Origin: a virus
Virus record (IMG/VR): IMGVR_UViG_3300031111_000001
Location: 50,563 to 114,562 of that record
Direction: 5' to 3' (one strand)
Length of the DNA: 64,000 bases
Shown: one piece after another, positions 6,582 to 15,091 of the stretch
Layout of the letters: each line of letters opens with the position of its first letter
Numbering within the stretch: position 1 is the stretch's first letter
Program-made: the position numbers and the translations under genes
The notes under the pieces: generated by a model
Seen by the model: the letters and a program-made list of their open reading frames with translations, nothing else
Databases searched by the model: none
Told to the model about the DNA's origin: nothing

Positions 6582-8477
6582 CTAATAGGAAAAAGTTCCT
6601 CGCCGTCCAGTTTTAGAAACGGTCAAAATGTCGCCCACAAGGCTCTTGAAATGGGACTGGTGGGTGATCAGGAAGACGTGGGGGATTTCCTTCGTGATCC
6701 TGAAGCAGAGGTCCATGACCGGCTCCGCAGAGCCTGAGTCCAGGCTTTCAAAAACCTCGTCGAGGAAAATGAAGTTCAAAGAACTCGCGGCCATAGACCG
6801 CACCAGCGCATTGAAAGACACCGCCAGGGCAAGGTTGATTTTCTGCCTCTCGCCGCCAGAACTCCCGACAAACGATGACGCGCCATGCTCGTTTTTGACC
6901 TCGATATCGAATTTCTCGCGCACTTCACCGGACTTGAGTTTCTTCAGCGTGGACACCGTAATCTCGATGTCGTCCAATAACATGGCGTTATCGTAAATGA
7001 TTCTATTCAACTCCGGGGTCACGGAGTCGAACACGTAGGATTTCAATCCGCCGTTCCCGAAGGTGGCCTCCAGCATGTTGACTAGGGCCATCCGTTCTTC
7101 CAGCGGAGAGAGCAGGGCGTTGTGTTCGGACAGCTTGGATCGGGCAGCGTCTAAATTCGCCTTCTGAGCGTCTCTAATGGGGCGATGCGGACACGACTCC
7201 GTTTCAATGGCTTGGAGCCGTCTACGGGCCTCTGAGAGCCTCTGGGAGGCATATTGAAGGTCAGACTCCAACTGCTGTCGGCGGGCCACGTCGGCACCGT
7301 TCTGAATCACCTGCTCACGGGCCTGGGCTGCTTCGGCGGCTCTGGCGGCAAGCTGCTCTCTGAGGTTGGTGAGATTCGCAACAGATGTCGCGACGGTAGC
7401 CGTCTCGATGTCAAGCGCAGCTACTTCGGCCTCCAGCTTGTCGGACTCGTCCTGAAGCCTCTTGAGCATGGCCGCGATGTCCTGCGGGCCGAATGCGCGA
7501 CCACATGCTTCGCACTTCGCGCCGTCGTTGGTGAGCGTCGAAGCCGTCTCGGCCACCTTGCGCTGTCTGGTCAGAACGCCTTCCTGCTTGAGGGTCAGGG
7601 CGTATTGTTCCTGAGACACCCGCTCGATCTTGGCGTTAAGCTGCTGGGCCAAATCATTGAACTTCGACACGGTTGCGTCGGCGACAGCAAGGTTCTGCCG
7701 GTACTGCTCGACATTCGCCGGGCACTGATCCAGGGCTTCCTTGGCTCGGCGCTCCTCAAGCTCCAGTCGGCCCTTGTCGCTATTCGCCTCCAGCACCCTG
7801 GAGCCGAAGTCCGTTTGCCAGACGGCCATGGCCCGTTCAGCGGCCTCCAGGCTCTGCTCGGCGTTGGTGATCTCGTATTCCGTGATTACCCTTATGGTGT
7901 CCCTTATCCGGGTGATCTCGGCCTCCAGACGCTTCTGTTCGGCCTTGATCTTGGCATGATCCTCGGAGAAGAACGTCAGGCCCAGAGCCTCCTCAAAAAC
8001 CGTTTTGAACTCCTTGTCTGTGGACGCGGCAAACGCCTTCACGTCGCCCTGGCCGAAGTGGGCCACCTTGGAGAACGTGCCCTCGGACATGCCCACGATC
8101 TGTTCGATCATGATCTGCGTGTCGAAGGACGTGCCCTTGGTGATCTCCTGCCCGGCCTTCCAGATACGCAGGGAGTTCTTCAGCTTGGCGTCCTTCCGGG
8201 TACGGATGATCACCACGTCGTCGAAGTGAAACTCCACCCGGCAGTCCTTGTCGGCCTCCTCGTTCACTACGGCATCACCCTTCAGGCCGCGCTTCGTGGT
8301 CCCCCACAGCGCCCAATGGATCGCCTCGTAGATGGTTGATTTCGAGGCACCGTTGGAAATAGAGGTCGGGCTGGAGTTGTTGATGCCCTCGATCAAGACC
8401 AGACCCGGCTTTGTAAAGGTAAGTTCCCCTTTGCCGATGCCCATGAAGTTCTGTATTTTGAGTAGTTTGGCGATCAC
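6582..8477 (-). CDS. sbcC: SbcC/Rad50-like (gp46-type) recombination ATPase
   Basis: Walker A NGASKST, coiled coil with CEAC zinc hook, SGGE signature, FLDEVF Walker B; GTG start 8477. Confidence 0.9.
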   Translation of the reverse strand: MIAKLLKIQNFMGIGKGELTFTKPGLVLIEGINNSSPTSISNGASKSTIYEAIHWALWGTTKRGLKGDAVVNEEADKDCRVEFHFDDVVIIRTRKDAKLKNSLRIWKAGQEITKGTSFDTQIMIEQIVGMSEGTFSKVAHFGQGDVKAFAASTDKEFKTVFEEALGLTFFSEDHAKIKAEQKRLEAEITRIRDTIRVITEYEITNAEQSLEAAERAMAVWQTDFGSRVLEANSDKGRLELEERRAKEALDQCPANVEQYRQNLAVADATVSKFNDLAQQLNAKIERVSQEQYALTLKQEGVLTRQRKVAETASTLTNDGAKCEACGRAFGPQDIAAMLKRLQDESDKLEAEVAALDIETATVATSVANLTNLREQLAARAAEAAQAREQVIQNGADVARRQQLESDLQYASQRLSEARRRLQAIETESCPHRPIRDAQKANLDAARSKLSEHNALLSPLEERMALVNMLEATFGNGGLKSYVFDSVTPELNRIIYDNAMLLDDIEITVSTLKKLKSGEVREKFDIEVKNEHGASSFVGSSGGERQKINLALAVSFNALVRSMAASSLNFIFLDEVFESLDSGSAEPVMDLCFRITKEIPHVFLITHQSHFKSLVGDILTVSKTGRRGTFSY

Positions 8478-8716
8478 AAAGTCACCCTGATCACCGGCAC
8501 CCAAATGTTGCGAACCCATTCGGCGGCGCGACCATCAGCCCCATTGACCAGCAGGAACTGTGTATCGGTCTTAGAGACGCCCAGGACTTTCTCCAATTGG
8601 TCATCGTTGATACAGACGGCATCCTTGATACAAAACGCCTTCCGTGCCAAAACAGCCTCCTTGTAGGACGGGGCGATGATAATGGTTCGTTTTTCGGGAT
8701 TGATCATATACTCCAC
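8474..8716 (-). CDS. hypothetical protein
   Basis: Overlaps both neighbours in the operon. Confidence 0.6.
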   Translation of the reverse strand: MEYMINPEKRTIIIAPSYKEAVLARKAFCIKDAVCINDDQLEKVLGVSKTDTQFLLVNGADGRAAEWVRNIWVPVIRVTL

Positions 8717-9165
8717 CAGTCTTTCTGGACGTTCTTCATGCGGGCTGCGCCAAGTCCGCGATCCACAAACAGGTTCCCACCGTAGTCGTGAGCTACAACC
8801 TTGCCATTAAGCAACCCGAAGTTTTGGTACTTGAGATCGGTGAAGAAGTTAGGGAGCTTCTTCGGGGCCATATCTGGTGGCAGAGGATGTGTCCGATGCT
8901 GGATCAGCACTTGTGCGCAGGGCGAAACAGCAACGCAGGGGGCGAACCACTGCGCCCACTTCGTGTACTGGACCTGATCCCATACATCCCATTCAATCGC
9001 GTTTTGGAATCGGTTATGGGAACTGAACTCAATCTTCACAACGAGGTTCTTGGGATCAAGCGCGTACTCATAGACGTGTCGGAAGCAGCCACCCCCGATG
9101 AAACACCCCACGAACATTCGCAGGGCGTCATCGAGGCAGACTTTGGGTTCGTCGAGGATGTACAT
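8704..9165 (-). CDS. minimal protein-kinase-like protein
   Basis: IGGGCFRHVY Gly loop, VVKI, helix C Glu, DLKYQN catalytic loop, DYG; TGATG coupling at 9165. Confidence 0.7.
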   Translation of the reverse strand: MYILDEPKVCLDDALRMFVGCFIGGGCFRHVYEYALDPKNLVVKIEFSSHNRFQNAIEWDVWDQVQYTKWAQWFAPCVAVSPCAQVLIQHRTHPLPPDMAPKKLPNFFTDLKYQNFGLLNGKVVAHDYGGNLFVDRGLGAARMKNVQKDWWSI

Positions 9166-9389
9166 CACCCGCTCCCAAGAGCCGCGCACGTACCACCAAC
9201 AAAAATCCCCAGCGGTAATGCAGCCACGATGGCTCCCCAGCCGAACTGGTGCCCCATGATGGCCGACATCAACCCGCCGATCACTGGCGTGAAAATCAAC
9301 GTGAGTACCAGTGCCACGATCATGAACGATCCAGAAGGCGGATCGATGGGAATATCGCCTTCGGGGCTAATGAAAATAGGAACAAACAT
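9165..9389 (-). CDS. small membrane protein
   Basis: Two hydrophobic segments. Confidence 0.6.
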   Translation of the reverse strand: MFVPIFISPEGDIPIDPPSGSFMIVALVLTLIFTPVIGGLMSAIMGHQFGWGAIVAALPLGIFVGGTCAALGSG

Positions 9390-9391
9390 GG

Positions 9392-10765
9392 CTACTCCCT
9401 GTCCAGTTTCAGCACCCGGAACGTGGGGAACTGCAAGGCCCAGACGCCGTCCTCGTTAGGCTCGTCGGAGAAGGTCTGGAACTGGATTTCGGCCAGCAAC
9501 CCCTTCAGGCGGTCCCGGTTGGCGTACATCCAGTCACGGGTGGGTTTTTCCTGCCAGCCCCAATCCCCGCCGTCCCAATCGAGCTTCTGGGCGATCTTAT
9601 TGCCGTCACGGTCCAGGCTGAACTCGGAAAACCCGGAGCCGCACTCGCACCGCACGAAGCGCTCCTCATATTGTCCATCGACCTTCCACTTCACCGTGCC
9701 GCTGATGACGATGGTGCCGCACGTATTCGCGAAGCGACCATCAGGTTCGCCAAGCTGCACCTCTTCAATGATGAAGTCGGCTTCGTGGAAAGGCTTGTAC
9801 TTGAGAAGCTGGTTGCTGCGCTTCCACTCGTAGGGAATATCCGGGTGGCGCAACATCAAGCCTTCGAAACCTTCCTTGTACATCGCCAGCATGAAGTCTT
9901 CGATCAACTGCGGCTTATTGACCACTTTGAAGTACTCCAGCGGGCGCAGGTACTCGTACTTGCTCCAGTCGATTTCGCGGAGCTTGTTGATCATGTCGTC
10001 GGTGGTTTTGATCTCGTCGCCACCAATGGCGAAGACATTGAAGAAGATTTTCTTCTTGTTTTTCTCGGAGACGTTGCGATTGCCGCGCACGAAGCTCTGG
10101 ATGCGCTGGAACGGAATCTGACGGTTGAAGAGTTCGCCGTCGATGAACTGGAGGTCGTATTCGGCTGCAAGAGCGGCCAATTCGGACACGACGTGACCAA
10201 AACCGAAGAAAGGATGGCCCTCACGGGAGCGGATGACGTTGACGCCCTCCAGCACTTCGCCGTCGATGTCCCAATAGCCGCGCAGGCCGTTCAGTTTACG
10301 GCTACACCACCAGTGGTCCACGCCCTTGTACTTCTTTTCGGAATCGTACTTGTTGGCGAGTTGGACGGTGAAGATCGGGATGAAACCATGCCCCAGAACG
10401 GTGTTGACCAGCTTCGCGCCGATGCCAACCTTGAGGTCTTTCTTGATGATTCTGGAAAATACGTCCTGTGCAATGCCGTTGCATTGGCCCAAGAACCTTT
10501 TGACAGCGTCCTTGGCGTTGTTGCCGGTGAGCTTTCGGGTGGTAAGCTGGTAGAAAAGCTGGCAGAAGTCCTGATAGGCTTGGTCGAATGTTAAACCACC
10601 CAGCGCGGGAGGATCGACTTTCGGCAGCTTCTTCATAAAGGTCGGCGTGAACGGGTTCAGGGCCATGACCAACGCGCTATGCACGCGAGGAGAGGCCGAC
10701 CTGATCAGATCGGCCTTGGCGTTGGTGCCGGGGGTGGAAGTGGCTTCGACTAGGAATCGCTCCAT
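9392..10765 (-). CDS. lig: ATP-dependent DNA ligase
   Basis: Motif I KLNGLR, IDGEL, FNVFA, EGLMLR, KRS-LLK-K, CGSGFS, LQFPTF; start trimmed to 10765. Confidence 0.9.
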   Translation of the reverse strand: MERFLVEATSTPGTNAKADLIRSASPRVHSALVMALNPFTPTFMKKLPKVDPPALGGLTFDQAYQDFCQLFYQLTTRKLTGNNAKDAVKRFLGQCNGIAQDVFSRIIKKDLKVGIGAKLVNTVLGHGFIPIFTVQLANKYDSEKKYKGVDHWWCSRKLNGLRGYWDIDGEVLEGVNVIRSREGHPFFGFGHVVSELAALAAEYDLQFIDGELFNRQIPFQRIQSFVRGNRNVSEKNKKKIFFNVFAIGGDEIKTTDDMINKLREIDWSKYEYLRPLEYFKVVNKPQLIEDFMLAMYKEGFEGLMLRHPDIPYEWKRSNQLLKYKPFHEADFIIEEVQLGEPDGRFANTCGTIVISGTVKWKVDGQYEERFVRCECGSGFSEFSLDRDGNKIAQKLDWDGGDWGWQEKPTRDWMYANRDRLKGLLAEIQFQTFSDEPNEDGVWALQFPTFRVLKLDRE

Positions 10766-10767
10766 CG

Positions 10768-10920
10768 CTACTTCACCTCGGTGTTCTGGAAGCAAAAGTT
10801 GCAGCGGACAACCCGCGTGCCCCACCACTCGATAACCTCCCAGACTGTGCTGGGGTGGGTGGTTCCGCAGTGCGGGCACTTGAAGACTTTCTTTTTGTCG
10901 AAGGTTTTCTCAAAGGGCAT
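10768..10920 (-). CDS. small Zn-ribbon protein (50 aa)
   Basis: Manual translation contains CPHC...CNFC; fills the gap between sbcD and ligase. Confidence 0.6.
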   Translation of the reverse strand: MPFEKTFDKKKVFKCPHCGTTHPSTVWEVIEWWGTRVVRCNFCFQNTEVK

Positions 10921-11975
10921 TATACTTTTTCTCCACATAGTTCGTTGTACATGGACAGCAGTTCCCTTTTGTGAGGGACAAGATCGGGCTTCATGTCGAT
11001 GTATTCCCCAAGCATTTGTGTCGGGGTACTCAGGCCAATGGTTTGTGAGTGCGCTGTTGCGAACTCTTTTTCGTACCTAATGGCGAAGCCTGGACAGTTG
11101 TTCTGCTGGCAATATTCCTTGATCTTTTCCGATAGCCGCTTATTTTTGATCTTCCATGTCGTGAATATATTCTCGACAGTGACGTTCCGCATTTCCTTGA
11201 CGTTCGACACGGACACAGTCTGGAAGGAGGGATGTGATTCGATTTTGTGATGCAGCAGTTGGTCGTCGTCCGTCAGGACGTAACAAAACCGGGTACTCCC
11301 GGCATCGCCGAAGTTGTGCTGCACCAACGCTCCAGGGCTGAAGACCTTAGAGTGCGTGGGGTTTATCATCGGGTAGTGATAGTGCCCGGCAATCACCCAA
11401 GCATTAGTCACTGACTCCAAATAGGAGGCGGTGAGTTTGGTTTCCGGCATGTTGCCGTGGGGCCTGAAGTCATCCACGCCCTGGTGGATCAGAATGATCC
11501 GTGGGTTGCCTTTGGCGATCCGCTCGTACTCGCGCCGGAAGTCATCCAGATCGTGACAGTAGGGGATGGCAGCAATCTTGCCGATGCTGGTATCCAGGGC
11601 CACGGGCTCCATAACGATATGGATACGGAATTGACCGCGTCCGAAACCATCAAGCATGTCCAGACTGGACACGTCGTAGTTGTAGTTTTCCAGGTCATGG
11701 TTGCCGACAGAAATGATAGGCTCCATTCCGTGGTCCATGGCGTAGATTAAACAACGCTTGACGACTTTACCGACTGAAGGACGAATATGAGCGCGTGTGT
11801 GAAACACATCGCCGGGAATCAATAAATAATTGCAGTTGTGATTTGCGCCAAATCGCACGGCTTCTCGAAAGGCTGCTTCGATAAGAAGGAGGCGAGAAGG
11901 GAACCCTCCCGCCTCCATTTTTGAGAACGCCTTGAAACCGTGGAAATGCGGATCACTAAGAACCAGTGCTGGCAT
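10920..11975 (-). CDS. sbcD: SbcD/Mre11-like nuclease (gp47-type)
   Basis: SDPH, PGDVFH, GNHD, HQG and GHYH metallophosphoesterase motifs. Confidence 0.9.
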   Translation of the reverse strand: MPALVLSDPHFHGFKAFSKMEAGGFPSRLLLIEAAFREAVRFGANHNCNYLLIPGDVFHTRAHIRPSVGKVVKRCLIYAMDHGMEPIISVGNHDLENYNYDVSSLDMLDGFGRGQFRIHIVMEPVALDTSIGKIAAIPYCHDLDDFRREYERIAKGNPRIILIHQGVDDFRPHGNMPETKLTASYLESVTNAWVIAGHYHYPMINPTHSKVFSPGALVQHNFGDAGSTRFCYVLTDDDQLLHHKIESHPSFQTVSVSNVKEMRNVTVENIFTTWKIKNKRLSEKIKEYCQQNNCPGFAIRYEKEFATAHSQTIGLSTPTQMLGEYIDMKPDLVPHKRELLSMYNELCGEKV

Positions 11976-12960
11976 CGTCGTCCTTGAACGACTCAGCGAT
12001 GAACTTCTGGTACTCCTCCGGGTTACTTTGGAATAGTTCGGTCAAGTCCTTTGCGCGGTACTTTTTCCCGTCCCACTCCAACCATCCCTGCGAGTCACCC
12101 AGCAACCCAAGCTCGTTGGCGAATTTGAGGTGGGAGCCGATGAAATCGATCCCCGTCTCAAACAGGTTGATGTACTCGCCCGTGACCAGCGGCGGTGCGG
12201 TCTTGTTCTTCTTGCCCAGCGCCCGAATGATTTCCCCGAAAGCGTTTTCGCTTCCTTTGAGGGTTTTGATCTTGGTAAGCTGGATACGCACGGATGCGTA
12301 GAACTTGGTCGCGTTGCCACCGGGAGTCTTCGTCTTGTCGCCCATCATCTGGCCCACGTTGTCGCGAGTCTGGTTCAGCAGGATCAACGTGACGTTCATC
12401 TTGTTGATCATGCTGGCGAGTTTGGGCAGGGCCGAAGACATGACGGTGGGAAGATTGATGCGTGTGTTCATCTTCTCTTCCCCGAAGGCGGTTTCCTGCT
12501 GGCTCTTGGTGACCATCGCCGCCACAGAGTCCACCACGATGGTGATGTGGCGCTGGGAATCACTGTTACGCACGATGTTGATGATCTTCTCGATCAGGGC
12601 GAAGCTCTCTTCCGCAGTCGTTGGCTGCTTGTACAGCCACTTGTTCGGATCGTCGTCCAGACCAAATTGCTTGGCCCGGCTCAGAGAGAAGCTGTGTTCA
12701 TGATCGAGGAAGACGCAGAAGCCACCAACACGCTGGGTTTCAACCATCGCAACGGTGGCGATGGCCGTCTTACCGCAGGACTCCTTTCCGTAAATCTCGG
12801 TGATGCGCCCCACAGGGAACCCACCGTGATATCTGCCGGAAAGCACTTTGTTCAGTTGGACAAGGCCAGTGGAGAGCCACTGGTTCACGTCCTGATTATC
12901 GTCGCTGAGTCCGCATTCCTTTTGGATTTCATCCACAAGACTCATGGGTTTCTTAGCCAC
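11956..12960 (-). CDS. recA: RecA/UvsX recombinase
   Basis: GRITEIYGKESCGKT, IVVDSVAAM, NQTRD, TPGGNATKFYASVRI. Confidence 0.95.
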   Translation of the reverse strand: MAKKPMSLVDEIQKECGLSDDNQDVNQWLSTGLVQLNKVLSGRYHGGFPVGRITEIYGKESCGKTAIATVAMVETQRVGGFCVFLDHEHSFSLSRAKQFGLDDDPNKWLYKQPTTAEESFALIEKIINIVRNSDSQRHITIVVDSVAAMVTKSQQETAFGEEKMNTRINLPTVMSSALPKLASMINKMNVTLILLNQTRDNVGQMMGDKTKTPGGNATKFYASVRIQLTKIKTLKGSENAFGEIIRALGKKNKTAPPLVTGEYINLFETGIDFIGSHLKFANELGLLGDSQGWLEWDGKKYRAKDLTELFQSNPEEYQKFIAESFKDDDASTGS

Positions 12961-13022
12961 TATGGCCTCCTAATGGGGGCCGCAGAGCGGGGGCCTTGCG
13001 GCCCCCTTTCAGATTGCTCTGG

Positions 13023-14027
13023 TTACTCCTGACAGGCACCCAGAATGGATGCCTCAAGGTCGGTGTCAGCCGGGGTGGACGCCACGGGAGGCGCGGCGTC
13101 AGGGGCCGGGGCGGGAACGCCATAGCCCGGAGGCAGTTCGCCCAACTGACTGGAGGCGGGAGCCGCCGGGGCGGCAGGAGTCGCATCGTAGGTCGTCGGG
13201 GCCTGGGCAGGGGCCGCAGCAGGAGCAGCGGCAGGGGCAGCAGTGCCGGGAGCGGCGTTCTGTTTGCCGCCCCGGCGGGCCTCGATGTTCCGGTTCATGA
13301 TCTCGATGGTTTCCAGAGCGGCCATGTGTTGGTCGTAGAGCTTGCGAATCGGCTCCATGTCGCCACCGGGGCCAGCCATGAACTGGCCCTTGGTCAGGAC
13401 CGGCTCAAAGTAGGTGATGCCGCCGTTCTTCTTCATGACGCTGGAAACGTCGATGGAGAGCATGTAGGGCTGCACCGGCTGGGGGCCGTTGGCGGTCTGG
13501 ATGGAGAAGAACGAGCGATCACGCAGCATATCGAAGAACGGCTTGTAGCCGCTGCGCTTGGCGTAGTGAATGCACTGGACGTGTTCGCCGTCCTCGGTGA
13601 TAGCGATGCAGAAGATGACCATCTGCGCGTTGCAGCGAGGGTTGGCGGTTTCGGCACGGTGAGGGCAGGTCTTGCCGCACTTGTAGCCGTAGTTCACGCC
13701 GAAGGCACCCTCGGAGAAGTCCTTGAACAGGACGCAGGAGCAGTTCTTCTTCTGGTCGGACGGGTGGTACAGGCTGTAGCTGTGACGCAGCGCAAGAATG
13801 ATGATGGACTTCACGGCCTTGCCTTCGTCCACGATGTTCTGCTGCTGGTCCTTCTTCATGCCCACAATCCACGTTCCGGGGCGGTGGGAGATACCCAACT
13901 CGTTCTGGTTGATTCGCAACTGCGGAATGGATGCACGCTGCTCCACTCCGGTATCGCTCTGCGCGGCCATCTTGTTCAGTTCGGCCACCATGGCAGCGTC
14001 AACGGTGGCGGGGACGTTGGTCGTCAT
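13023..14027 (-). CDS. putative single-stranded DNA-binding protein
   Basis: Position next to recA; beta-rich core, Pro/Ala low-complexity linker, acidic C-tail; function inferred. Confidence 0.5.
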   Translation of the reverse strand: MTTNVPATVDAAMVAELNKMAAQSDTGVEQRASIPQLRINQNELGISHRPGTWIVGMKKDQQQNIVDEGKAVKSIIILALRHSYSLYHPSDQKKNCSCVLFKDFSEGAFGVNYGYKCGKTCPHRAETANPRCNAQMVIFCIAITEDGEHVQCIHYAKRSGYKPFFDMLRDRSFFSIQTANGPQPVQPYMLSIDVSSVMKKNGGITYFEPVLTKGQFMAGPGGDMEPIRKLYDQHMAALETIEIMNRNIEARRGGKQNAAPGTAAPAAAPAAAPAQAPTTYDATPAAPAAPASSQLGELPPGYGVPAPAPDAAPPVASTPADTDLEASILGACQE

Positions 14028-14078
14028 TAAATACTCCTTTGGTTCTGGAATCTTCTTTTGGATTCTGGGTTTTTGGTT

Positions 14079-14531
14079 CTAGTCGAGCAGTTGGTCGAGG
14101 GCGAAAAGGCCGTTCACCACTTCGTTGCGAGGGCAATCGCCAAACTCACGGCCCTGCGGGCCAAGCTGGTCATGAAGGCCGAAAGCCTGGACCAGGGCGC
14201 GACAAAGGTTGGACTTCTGCGGTGTGAACAGGATCAGAATGCTGCCGTCGCGCTTCTTCATGAAGAAGGCGGTCAGCCTCTTGCGGTTGATCAGGTCCAC
14301 CAGTTCGGTGCCGGAATAGACCAGCCGAAACTCCGGGGGACGGAGGGGCTGATTCTCGCGGGCGTCGTACCAAGTGGCGGTCATGGAACCGCTGGTAGCG
14401 AGACAACGATCTCCGACGAAGACCATGCGGAGGCCCATCTTTTGGCGTTCGGCTCCAAACAGGTTGCGGAGGTGAATGTTCCCGTTGAATTCGTGCTGGT
14501 TGGAGGGGTTAATAGCCGACCGGCGATTCAC
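14079..14531 (-). CDS. hypothetical protein
   Basis: GTG start with GGAG RBS; same strand as operon. Confidence 0.6.
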   Translation of the reverse strand: MNRRSAINPSNQHEFNGNIHLRNLFGAERQKMGLRMVFVGDRCLATSGSMTATWYDARENQPLRPPEFRLVYSGTELVDLINRKRLTAFFMKKRDGSILILFTPQKSNLCRALVQAFGLHDQLGPQGREFGDCPRNEVVNGLFALDQLLD

Positions 14532-14625
14532 CTCACTCCAACGACGTTCTTCGCCACAATTCCGTCGATTTGTCGCTCGATCAGTACTTGGTAAAAAGAC
14601 TTTTGACTCATTGTACTCTCTGGTT

Positions 14626-15048
14626 TTACACCGGAGCAGCGGGATAGGCCGTTTGCAACGACCTCTGCTCGGCGCGTTGGTTGTAGGACAGTGCGACCAG
14701 CAAATCCTTCCGGGCGTAGTACGTGTCCCTTAATGCTTTCATTCGTCCCAATTGGGCCTTGGCGTTGACTACGTTTTGCTGGGCTTGCTGGTATTCCGGG
14801 TCAAGTTTCATATGCTGATCAATCAGCTTTTCGGTGATCTTGACCCCCTCTGCCTCAAGTCGCTGTCGGACCCGGATCGCGACAGCGGCCTCCACGCGCC
14901 CAAGGACATCCTTGTGCGCCTCGACCAGAGCCTCCGCTTGTGCGTAAAGCTCTGCGATGTAAAGGAATTTTGCGGACTGATCTGCGACCTCGTCGTCGAT
15001 CCTCAAGCGATCAACACCAGCGGAGGCCCGCAGTTCGTCAATGTTCAT
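14626..15048 (-). CDS. UvsY-like recombination mediator
   Basis: 140-aa helical protein with KITEK-I...DPEY...RKDLL pattern typical of UvsY-like proteins, near recA. Confidence 0.6.
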   Translation of the reverse strand: MNIDELRASAGVDRLRIDDEVADQSAKFLYIAELYAQAEALVEAHKDVLGRVEAAVAIRVRQRLEAEGVKITEKLIDQHMKLDPEYQQAQQNVVNAKAQLGRMKALRDTYYARKDLLVALSYNQRAEQRSLQTAYPAAPV

Positions 15049-15061
15049 CCCGTTCGTCCTC

Positions 15062-15091
15062 TTAGTCGTTTGGTCACCCGTGTCTGGATGA
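15062..15091 (-). promoter_or_regulatory. phage-specific promoter, copy 3
   Basis: TCATCCAGACACGGGTGACCAAACGACTAA immediately after the dnaE stop, upstream of the UvsY-like gene. Confidence 0.7.
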
